A stretch of DNA of 64,000 bases from Flaccisagitta enflata. Its lineage: Eukaryota. Shown one piece after another: positions 28,216 to 59,673 of the stretch. A program made the position numbers and the translations under genes. The stretch is from the NCBI GenBank assembly GCA_965153355.1, contig OZ231126.1, positions 44,578,001-44,642,000 on the forward strand. Direction: 5' to 3'. Numbering within the stretch: the first letter of the stretch is position 1; the number at the start of each line of letters is the position of its first letter. The notes under the pieces were generated by a model. It did no database searches. It saw only the letters and a list, made by a program, of their open reading frames with translations, and had not been told where the DNA came from.

Positions 28216-29626
28216 TTGGGTGCTTCATATGGCACCCTCTTTACCTAATACGGAGTGGTCAATTTTAAAACCTCTACTATTTTTCTTGTATCAAAAATAA
28301 TTAATTTTCTGTTTGTTAGAAAATTGTTTTTGAGAACCTAATTTGCAAAATGCAGTGGGATAAAACCATATGCTGACATTCTTTGAATTAGCTTTCACAA
28401 ATTTCTTCTCTTCATAACCATGGGTTCAATTTTTTGACTAGCTTCAAAATTTTCTAGGTGGTTATAGAACTCCAAATTTCTGGCTCAGAGAAAAAATCAG
28501 AACTCAAAAAAGTCAACAAATGTACCCATGGCATCAATTTTTGTGAAAGGCATCCAAATATCAACTGCCAAATCACTTTTTTTTGCATTTTTTTGGTTTC
28601 TGTAATGTTTTACAAAAACTCATGCCACAGGCACAAAAATACACTTTTTCCAGTTCTGATTTTTGCAGCAGGTCAATAAATTGTAAAACTATCACACACT
28701 TGAAAAAATTTGCCCCTGTTTCAAAAAATTATTTAATTAAAGAGGTGGGACAACAGGTGTTTAAGAGATAATTTTGCACATTTTTAGTAAAATCAACAAA
28801 AAGTAGTACAAAAATCAACATTTTTAAGTTCTGATTTTTTTGTTGAGTCGGACATTTGATGAACTATTTCCACCTAAAAAATTGTGAGACTAGCTGAAAA
28901 AATGAGCTCACTGCAAAAAATTAAAGTTAGTGAATTTTTTTTTATCAAAAACTAATTTTACTCCCTTGTTTCAAAATCATTACTTCGACCACAAAAATTG
29001 ATTTTTTTGAGTTCTGATTTTTTTGCTGGGTCAAATATCGTTTATACTTTCTTCATCTTTGAAAAATTCAAATGCAATGATGAAAAAAGAGTCATTTTTT
29101 AAAGTTCTAAAAAGAATCATTGTAAAAAGTTATTGATCAATTTGTATTAGAATACTGTTCACAAAAATTAATGCTGCGGACTCAAAAATTAACTTTTTAG
29201 AATTCTGATTTTTTTGCTAAGTCAGAAATTTAAAATGTTATCACCATCTCAAAAATTATCAATCTAGTCCAAAAATTGAACTCACAGCAGCAAATTGAAC
29301 ATGGCGGCCATTTTTATTGACGCCATGGTTAGACTTGTTAATCTGCCTTATCACGAGCTCTTTTTTAGCTTATATTCCGATAATTCAGTTTATTTCTACA
29401 AATATTCCTGATTTTTAAAAAACAAATTATTGTCCCTTTCATAACAAAACTACACAGGATTTTGCGGAATTCTGGGATTTCTACGGAAACTTTAATGCCA
29501 AAACAAAAATGGAAGATGAAGGAATTTTGAAAAAAAGAAATTGGTCATCTTCATAGTTTTTGCTCCTCCACATAATCTAAGTAGGGTGAGAAGATACTCC
29601 CAACTTTTGCTATGTGAAGCACCCAA
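28216..29626. mobile_element. Mutator(MULE)-like non-autonomous element, 9-bp TSD ATGATAGGT
   Basis: TTGGGTGCTTCATAT / ATGTGAAGCACCCAA termini; ATGATAGGT at 28207-28215 and 29627-29635. Confidence 0.85.
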
Positions 29627-29739
29627 ATGATAGGTGGAACTATATATATAACTGAAAAATATGGAAGAGGGCCTTGTGAGCCCTCACTGACTAGTTACTA
29701 CGCGCATCACTCCTAGTTTTCCATATAGCAAAACTAGTA

Positions 29740-30545
29740 TAAAGAAAGTGACGCGGGGTCACAATACCGTTGGGGACAAGAGGGCAGGGGCGTCCAACCC
29801 CCATCCACACCCAAACCCACCCCCAACACTCAAACATACAGAACTAGTCATCCAAGGATCGCACATGGTCAGCGGTACCCGATGCCCTGCTTGGAGTGAT
29901 CAAGTGAAGTAGTGGAGTGAGAGGGCTGATGTCCTGTAGGACACAGGGGTGAATTTCGAGACATCTTGAGGCGGATTTGAAGTCGGGATTGCAAAATTTA
30001 GTCCATATGAGCAGATTTGAGGTTTTAGGGGCAGGCTTTAGGCCTAGAGGACAAATTTGAGGCCTGAAGAGTTGATTTGAGGCCTATAGGGCTGATTTGA
30101 GGTCTGGAGGTCTGATTTAAGATCTTGAGGGCAGAAATGAGGTCTGGAGAGCGGATTTGAGCTCTCCAGGGCTAAATTGAGGTCTGAAAGGGCTAATCTG
30201 AGGGCTCAGAGGGCCAAATCAGGCCTGAGACTGCACACTTGAGGCGCCCATGACTAAGGAGGGGGACGGAAGGACGGACGGACGGATGGACAGATGGATG
30301 GTTGGACAAACGGAAGGACAGAAGGACGGATGAGCGGACGTCTCGAAATTCCCCCCTGTGTCCTACAGGACATCGGCCCTTTGGGGCCGCTACCCAAAAA
30401 GTATCGAAAACGCTCATTTTCCCAATTTTCAACCCAATGACCTCTGACAGACCGACGGACCGATGGACCAACGGACCAACGGACCAATGGACGGATGGAC
30501 GGACGGACAAAGCCTCTTATAGAGTTGCGTGTCTGCAACTAAAAA
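29740..30545 (-). mobile_element. HINE-like element with a minisatellite-carrying element nested at ~29850-30400
   Basis: AAGTGACGCGGGGTCACAATACCG.. at one end and ..GGACAAAGCCTCTTATAGAGTTGCGTGTCTGCAACTAAAAA at the other; 21-bp array in the middle. Confidence 0.7.
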
Positions 30546-31893
30546 GATTTTATATCCACATCAGGCAAATTTCCGTTTTTCTCGGATCCGTTATAGTGGT
30601 GTGCCTCAATATGATAAAGAGGGAGTCAGCCAAGTACAACTTCTCTGATTCGTCCTTTAAATAGATGATTAACTAATGTTTATTCTGAGCGTCGAATGTC
30701 ACTTTCAGTTTCTTTGTGTATGGATGACAAAAAGCTTGTCAAGATTTATGAGTACACTTGAACTCCGGTTCGCCGCGATGAGTAGTCAGTGCAATGACGG
30801 TCGGCCGGGCCCCCTCAAGCGTTAAATAAGCTCTTCCGAGCCCTCTGGGGTCTAACACCCTGTGCAGGAAATTTGGCACAAACATATTGACACAAAAACG
30901 ATACTTCTAGATGGCCCAGTAAGTTGAAATTTGAAACATGACCTCCTGATTAGCTCTACTGGACGTAAGAATGCGCCGTTGATCAGTCCTGCGACCACTC
31001 TCTGCCATAGAAAGCTTCAAACTATAAATGCGGTGCTAGATTTTGATGGATTTTTACCGGCAAAATTTGATGAGGGGAAACACTTATGCTTGAGGTCATT
31101 TTTGAACTACTGGGGTGGTCTGAAGCAAGCAGTGCATGCAGGGGGACTAAGTTGGGTCCCTCAATGCTGTGCAGCACCTGATCCATGCCAAAATCTGCAA
31201 AATTGAGCGACAAGTCATTATCTATCTTTTTCGCTTGATCAAAGACAAAATCATCAAATCTGCGGCATATAGATAGTATGCTTCGTTACAGCTATAACGT
31301 GACAGTTACCATGTCGTCTCGATATGCTATGAAGCCTTTGGTCCTTTCTGATGATGTCAGAAGAAAGAAAAACTAAAATTTTCATCGAATAGCAAATTTA
31401 CTTTTTAGTTAAAGATGACATGTCAAAAGCTGATTTTTGCTCGAATTTTGGCGCCATTTCGCGCGATCCCCGGATAAATGAGAAAGCCCACAATGTCTCT
31501 CTTTCGCATTGCTGGCATCCATAACTTTGATTGCTGCAACCACGAAATGAAAGATTATGGAAACATCACGAAATGGCAGAGAAGGTTACAAAATACATAT
31601 TTCATACCCCTTTATTTCAAAATCAGAGGAAACCACAATATGCAAATGAGCTTATTATGCAAAATGGATGAGCATTAGAGCCAATTCCGACCCTTTCCTG
31701 TTACCTCTCACGCCCTCCCACAATCATTTTTGTTCATTCATTTCTTCATTCATTCATTTTTCATTCATTTATTTACTTTTTCATTCATTCATTCATTCAT
31801 TCATAAATTCACTGACAATATTCATTCAATATTCTTAAAAAGCAAGGAGCACGTATTGGCTATATCATGGTCATCTTTTCCTTTCTTTTTGAT

Positions 31894-31973
<80 letters not shown>

Positions 31974-32762
31974 TCATTCTTTTTTTTACTGCGTGCTAAG
32001 CGATTTCCATAGGTTGGATGGTCAGAGGGGATGATTTCTGAGCAATACAGCCAAACACTGCTCCTGCCAACCCGCATTACAGCCCCTGAAACCAATAATA
32101 CTGTCCTTGCCCACTTGTATTACTGTCCCTGCCCACCTGCAAGGGACTTCCTACAGGTTGTGTATACGGCGATTCCTGTTTACTTCCTTTCTCCTTTTTC
32201 ATTTAGGTTTTCTTTTTCTCATTTGTGCTATTTTCAGCTTCCTCGACACACACACGAGGTAGCCGATTCAGTCAGTTAGTCTTTCTGTGACAATGTACAT
32301 TTTAGAGAAGTAAACATCACTTGGTCCCCTAGAGAAATGAGCGAAAGAGGCTGTTTCTGGATTTTATACATGGCTTGAATATGAGCCCAAGCAATACTAA
32401 AAGCTAAATTATGTTCAAACGAAGTGTTTTCTGGTCATTCATAGCCAAAATTATCCTTGGGTTGATTTTTTTTCTCAAAAAAATTGAGTTAAAAGAATCA
32501 GAATTAAAGAAGCTTAGAAGTTAGAGTTGTCATGGCCCAACCAGGCAGCGTTGAGTCGAGTTGAGTCAGCCCTTAAATCTCCAAAGCCTAGTGCTTCCAT
32601 ATCTGATTTCGTTTTCATTCCACGACAACGCCCTAAGACGCCATAAAAAAAGATACGGCATATGATTTTGCAAAAGCTACGACCAAATTGTTCCGGAGAA
32701 TAATGTCGCACATTTTGCTTGTCCCATTTATTGGATAACTATTAGCGTGTGTCTTTCCCCCG

Positions 32763-33825
32763 TTTTTTGTCCGCAACGGAATATCATTCCGACGCGGACT
32801 ATAATTCAAGGTGGGTGGGTGTCGTCGTTGTCGTCATTGTCATTGTCGTCTTCGACATTGTCGTGATCATTTTGAAAAATGGATATCTCTTTTATGCTTT
32901 GACCAATTTGGTTCATATTTGGTCGGAAGTTGTACTAGGGTAAGCGCTTTACATCCTATCCAATTTTTCTGATCCGACCAACCCAACCGGCCTAACCAGC
33001 CTACCCGCCTAAAAGTGAAAAAATGTGTATAATTCTGCCACTTCTTAACCAATTTGGTTGAAATTTAGTATAGAGTCTCCAAACGGAAGGACGCAACATA
33101 TGTATGTGATTTATTTGCATTTGAATATGCTAACCGGCCAAACCGACCTACCACCCAACCGGCTTAAAAGTGAAAAACTTGCATAACTTTGACATTTTTC
33201 AACCAATTTGGTTGAAACTTAGTATGGAGTCTCTTAATAGAAGAACTCAACATATGCACACTATTTATCCTGTCAAACCAGCCCACCACCCAACCAGCCT
33301 ACCAGCCTAAAAGTGAAAAACATATATATCTTTGGCATTTTTCAACTGATTTGGTTGAAATTTGCTTGTGAGTCTCTAAATGGAAGGATTCAACATATAT
33401 ATGTGATTTCTATGCATTTGAGCATGCTAACTGGCCTAACCAACCTACCACCCAACCAGCCTACCGGCCAAAAAGTGAAAAACTTTCCTAACTTTGATAT
33501 TTTTCAACCAATTTGGTTGAAACTTGGTATAGAGTCTCTAAATGGAGGAACTCAACATATGCACACTATGAATTCTGTCAAACCAGCCTACCACCTATCC
33601 AGCCTACCAACCAACCAGCTCACCAGCCCAAAAGTAAAAAACGGGTATAACTTTGTCATTTTTCAACCAATTTTCTTGAAACTTGGTATAAAGACTCAAA
33701 ATGGAAAGACTCAACATATGAACCTGATTTATATATATTTTAAAGGGTTTGTGATCTTTTGGTCATAGCAATCTTATGGAATGTGTGGTCTTTAACCCCC
33801 TTCTGTCGCGGACGCAATTACTGTT
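32763..33825 (+). mobile_element. HINE-like element with a ~150-170-bp internal tandem array
   Basis: TTTTTGTCCGCAACGGAA / TTCTGTCGCGGAC subterminal inverted pair; five units AAAAGTGAAAAA..CAACCAATTTGGTTGAAA..CAACATATG at ~33010-33720. Confidence 0.65.
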
Positions 33826-35167
33826 CAGATTTTTTTCTTTTTTGCAATGGCTGAAGTCGCCACTTCCAAGAATTTATCAAATTTTCATGTTGTCTCCTAT
33901 TGGAGCGAATGGCGATTCATGGAAATTGTACTTCTGTCTCTTGAAATATGACCTGAGTCTATGCACAAAAACTTGCTGAAAGGTCAAAAAAAAGTTAGTG
34001 AATATACATTTATGACAAATACAGCAAGCATATGTTAAACTGGTATCAGTTACCGTGAATGACACACTAACTGTTCTTCGTTATTTCACCAAATTAAACA
34101 TGCTCAACAAATGAAGTTAGCGTTTTTTCATAGTTGGGCCTTTTCCCAGTATTTGTTTTGGCAATGTCGTTCAATGCATTTTTTACTGAAAATGATCAAT
34201 TTCCCATCTTACCCGATTAAAAAATGCGCTTCTAGTCTTTTTTGGCAGAACTTGAACATTAATTAGCTCAAGAAAAGGAGGAGGTGATCGCAAAAAAGTA
34301 GGCAGAAACATCCAATAGGGCGATTTTTTCGAATTTTCAGTCGCAAGGACTTGAAATAAGAAAAAGTTTATGTCACGAGGTATCAAATGAAAGCCCTTGC
34401 AATACTGCATCGACTCGTACCGGTCATTAGGGGTTGGGAGAAAAATTTTTTTTTTGTTTACATTGCTACAAAATTTGTGAGCGTTTTTAGGAAGATAGAA
34501 ATCTCATTGGAAACATTAAATAGGTCGCAGAGGGCTGATTTGTGGCATTAAAAAGGTTAATTTTAGGGGCTGACAGGAAGCATTTCTTTGGTGTCTCAGG
34601 ACTAATAATTTTGAGAGGGAAGATTTGAGAAATCTATTAGCGTTAATTTTAGGCCTGAGAGAGCTGACTAAAGACCCAATCATATCAATTAGTGGCCTGG
34701 GAAGTCACCATAAAGTGTCCAAAGGTGACGAAGTCCTGCGAACGCTGGGCTTTTTTGGGGCCTGAGGGCTTAAATGAGGAGTAAAATCACAAACCCTAAG
34801 CTCAGATTTTTGTTTGCATACCGTGCCTTGCAATAGGATGATTTTAACTTAATCGACTATTTAGGCCCTCTAAGGCCTTAGACGAAATTGTTGGGGCAAG
34901 TTTGGTGGTTCTTTTTAATATGGTGCCAAGGAGAATGCTTTACGAATAATGAATGATATTATATTCGTCAAAGAAATGACAATGCACCAAAATCTAACTA
35001 AGACTATAGACTAGCATCTTATTCTTCTACAATATCCACCAGAGTTTTCCACCTAAGTTTTCAATCTTTTGAATTGTGTGCTTAATTACTCTACAACTAA
35101 CTTTTATCCATCTGTCAGTCGGATGGCTGGACGGTCACATTTTATTTTTTTACAATCACTGGCCTAC

Positions 35168-35682
35168 TTGGGTGCTTCACATAGCAAAAGTTGCTTATTT
35201 CTTTTCATCCTCTTTACCTAATGTGGAGTGGGCAATTTTAGGACCCTTACCATTTTTCTTTTAACAAAAATTGTTCATCTTCCGTTTTTTAGAAAATTGT
35301 TTTTGAGAGCCTAATTTGTATATTGCAGTGGGATAAAAAAGTATGCTGATCTTCTCTGAATTAGCTTTTATAAACTTCTGCTGTTTAGAGAATTGTTAAC
35401 CTGCTTTTTCACAAGCTCTTACGTAACTTATGCTCTGATATTTTGATTTATTTTTACAAAAATCATGGTTTTCTAAAATTAACAATTGTTCCTTTTGTAA
35501 CAAGACTACACAGGATTTTGCTGAATTCTGGGAAATCTGAGTAAACTTTAAAGCCAAAACAAAAACGGAAGATGAGGGAATTTTGAGAAAAGGAAAATGA
35601 TCATCTTTATGATTTTTTTCACTCCATATTAGGTTAGCGGGACGAGAAGATAATCGAATTTTTTGCTATGCGAAGCACGCAA
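35168..35682. mobile_element. Mutator(MULE)-like MITE, 9-bp TSD CTGGCCTAC; short relative of 28216-29626
   Basis: TTGGGTGCTTCACATAGCAAAA / TTTTGCTATGCGAAGCACGCAA; CTGGCCTAC at 35159-35167 and 35683-35691. Confidence 0.85.
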
Positions 35683-36442
35683 CTGGCCTACCCTTACGAA
35701 AAAAGGCCTACCCTTACGCGACTTGCATAGCCGTGTATCCGTCTTTGTTTATATCAAAATTGTAATGACCAAATATATGTCTTTCATTTTATCTGATCTT
35801 AGGAATGATGAACATAAAGATAAAGATAAGGATAAAGGAAAAGAAATATGACTGCGTGAGAAAGTGTTTAGAAGAACATGTTTGCAGCCCATAACATGTG
35901 AACAATCTCATAACCCTTGTTGCCTTGAAAAAGGTTTTATTTGTTGGATAATAGGAAAGTTTCCTTACGGTAGTGGACTAAGAAAATGAGACGCTCGGTT
36001 TTTTTTGTTTGTTTTTTTTTTTTGTGCCATAGCACCTCTATGACAGGCTTCTTTGTTGGTCTCTCTGCCGGTCTGTCTGCATGTCTGTCAGTCACACTAG
36101 TGTAAAATCGCAGAAAATGTTTGACATCACTTCAAAAGGCATCTTGTTCTTAGCTCACGATTTATTCATTATCACATTTTCTACGATTAAGTCAGGTCGG
36201 GCTAGGGATAGGTCAGATAGAGCTGGGGTAAGTGCGAGAATTCTCGTCATTTTATTCATTATCATATTCATCTACGGTTTTAAAAGTGGATAGAGCTTGA
36301 GATAGGTCTGACAGAGCTCGGGATAGATCTAAGAATTAAAAACGCTAGGCGCACCGTCTTGGCCCGTGTATCCGGTATGGTTTAAATAATCAATTCATTG
36401 GCCATGTCAGGCAAGTACTTTAACCAGCCAGATAATTTTAAC

Positions 36443-36625
36443 AACAAGGCCGGATACACGGCCAATACCAGTCGCGGACGGGTGGGCAGGGGCGGAAATG
36501 CGTGTCTTTCCACTTTTCGACTCGATCACCACGGACCAACCAACCAACCGACCGACCGACCGACCGACCGACCGACGGACGGACGGACAAAGCCTCTTAT
36601 AGAGTCGCTAGTCCGCGACTAAAAA
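36443..36625 (-). mobile_element. HINE/DINE-1-like family A copy
   Basis: AACAAGGCCGGATACACGGCCAATACCAGTCGCGG...(GACC/GGAC)n...GTCCGCGACTAAAAA. Further copies at ~5192-5331, 24042-24263, 38065-38322, 38811-38992, 39545-39761, 41106-41279, 48224-48381, 48390-48615, 50814-51008, 51282-51427. Confidence 0.75.
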
Positions 36626-36904
36626 TGCCGATGGACCAACCAATGGACCTATGTACCAACATCTAGACTCGCCTAAAGCCACTAAAAAGGAAAGACGACC
36701 AAGAAGGAGAAGAAGAAGAAGAAAAAGAAGAAGAAGAAGAAGAAGAAGAAGAAGAAGAAGAAGAAGAAGAAGAAGAAGAAGAAGAAGAAGATCCATTGTC
36801 AATGAGGAGCGTCACCTCCCAATAAGGATGTTTAATAAGAAGAACAAGAAGAAGACGAAGAAGAAGAAACAGAAAAGTGAGAAGAAGAAGAAGAAGAAGA
36901 AGAA

Positions 36905-36936
<32 letters not shown>

Positions 36937-37082
36937 AGAGGGTGAAGAAGAAGGTGAAGAAGAAGGAGAAAAAAAAGAAGATACCCCCGTGTAGTACCAT
37001 TGAGGAGCATCCCCTTCCAATATGGATGTTGAAGGAGAAGAAGAAGAAGAAGAAGAAGAAGAAGAAGAAGAAGAAGAAGAAG

Positions 37083-37113
<31 letters not shown>

Positions 37114-38687
37114 GGAAGAGGAACAGGAACAAGGAGAAACAGAGATAATACTATTAAAAGAAAAAGACAATACAAAGATAAATTTTTTTAAAAGCACCAT
37201 TTCATAAGCTAAAATCGCCTGATTGGCGTGCAGATGCTCTCGTTAGGGTTCGATTTAGCGAGAAATCTGTCTAATCGACGGCTCGAAATGACGTCGAAAT
37301 GTCAAAAAAATAGTTATTTTCAAATCAAAAGTAAATTTACTAGATCTTATCTAAATGCGTTGAAACTTTGCAATTATCTTCCAAACAGCCTCTAGTGCTC
37401 AAAACATATCGAGATAGGCCTTGTTACACCTTATGGGGGCATACTAATATAGACCCTATTTGACCTTCAAATAAATTGATATTTTTCAACGTCATTGTTG
37501 CTTTTTGGCTCTTACAATATTTTTGCATTCCAGCCATATTTTGGACAGATTCGATCTATTTTGAATGGTAATCAATTGTTTTATTGGACTTGTGCCAAAT
37601 TTCCTGCTCAGGGTGTTAACCAGACAAACAGACCTAGAATCGAATCGATCAGGCCATAGACAAATAACAAAGGTACATAAATCGATTTAAAAGAGCCCCT
37701 GCCAAAAAAATGTTCTTATTTCTGATAACAATTATTTCAAATAAAATGTGATTGATAGAATATTCTCCTCGATATTTTTTTTTCTCTGCCACGAATGCGT
37801 TTTTAACTTTTTTTTAAAGTAGAACTTTTCTTAAGAATTGAGTTGTGTATACTGGCAAAGCTGTTATCGACATTGCAAGAAATAAATGCAAGTTACTCAC
37901 GTCACGTTCATATCGGTCGGTAGCTCATTGGTCCGTCGGAGGCTTTGTTAAGCACACATCTTGCCATCACTTTAACCAATGATATCAGTTTGTCGTGGAC
38001 ATGTATCTTATGCATTCCTCTTTTTACAAATTTTTTAAAACAAAGACCGTAAACCCTTAATGTTTTTATTCGGTAGCGGACACGCAACTCTGCACCTTGC
38101 TGTGTCGATCCATCCGCTCGTCCTTTCCTCCGTCCGTCCATCGGTCTGCAACATTTTTGAATTTCAGTCGTTACTTTACTCTTTATGGGGTTTTATGACT
38201 TGGACAACATTACATTGCATAAATCTATTCTATTCTATAAATCAGTTTGAATTGTGCGAATGTGAGTGTAGTACTGCCCCTGCCCAACCGTCCGCGACTT
38301 CAGGCATCTGTAGGGCTTGTTATTTTTTTTTTTTGAAGATGTTTGTATCGATCATAAGATATGCTGTCCATTGGCTTGTTCATCTGTCTGTTTGCCTATC
38401 TGCCCTTTTTGCCCCTTACTTTAGAAATGGAAATAGAGAAGTCAGGATTTCGGACGCATCAAGTGCTTTGTTTGAGTTCCTTTTATCGCTTTCACGTTCC
38501 TAATGGCATAAAAAAAAAGGGAAAACCAGTTCCTTTAGTTAGACATAAAGCTTTAATCATCTTTGAAAAAAAAATCATACTGACGAAATGATAACGATAT
38601 TGACTCTTTATTCTCGAACACAAACGATCAGTTGATAACAGTCGGGAGTAAAATTGAATCTCATTATCAGTCACGGAGAAGAATAAA

Positions 38688-50353
<11,666 letters not shown>

Positions 50354-51169
50354 ATTAAAAAAATGTTATGAAAAAAAAACAAGCCAAAATCGTCGTCTTT
50401 TGATGATTTCTTACACAAAATCGGACCAAGTTAGAGAGAGAGAGAGTCATGATACTCTTCAAAACTGTTTGTCGATTGTAAACATAAAAAAAGAAAAAAA
50501 AAAGAAAGAAACCAGATAAGATTTATTACAAGCAACTGGTGATTCTTAAACTTAAAGTGACAGTTAGCTAGACGTCATAAAAAGCCACTGCAGTCAATTC
50601 TTAACATTCGCACCCAAAAGAAAAAAAAGAGGTAGTGTCAAGAGGATCTTTTTTTATTTTAAATGTCAACATGAAAGTTTGAAATTGAGCGAGATGTGAT
50701 AAAGCGACTCGTCTTTAAAGCGACACGAAGTGAAAACAAAAGCTCTGTAGATTTTCATTCCAACGCCAATTTGAATCGATAAAAAAAGTAAAAGGAAGAG
50801 GGAATTAGAGAGAACAAGTAACCCGAGGTTACAATATCGTCATAGACGGGTAGGCGAGGGTACACGACCCTTCCCCTTCCCACCAAACACACTTTTACCC
50901 AAACACAATCACAACTTTAGCCTAAAAAATGCACATTGTGACTCGCGCGTGACAGACTGACGGACGGACAAAGCTTCTTGTGGAGTTGCGAATCCGCGAC
51001 TTGAAAAAGAAAGAAAACCTAGTTTTACGAAAAAAAAGTCGAAATCTAAATCTAAGCGCGCTCAAAGGAATTAAATAAGACGGCGAAATACAGAAGGAAA
51101 TTCCGAGAAAAATCCAAAGGAATCCAAGGAAAATCCAACAAAGACGGAAAACTACCCAATTAAAACAAA

Positions 51170-59535
<8,366 letters not shown>

Positions 59536-59633
59536 GTAAGCAACGACTATGACGCAATAAATAAACGACGTTATAAACAACTGTAATAACATCGGCAGAA
59601 ACGAAATCGACAATATCAACATCAACAACGAAA

Positions 59634-59673
<40 letters not shown>

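Noticed and set aside
30931-31213. Short ORFs on both strands in a GC-balanced island
   Set aside because: No motif or consistent splice pattern; probably degraded element interior (flank at ~30855 matches ~37590 inverted).
36790-37040. Twice-repeated short motif (TGAGGAGC..CC.TCC.AATA.GGATGTT) within (GAA)n
   Set aside because: Most simply a local slippage duplication; no structure or coding signal.
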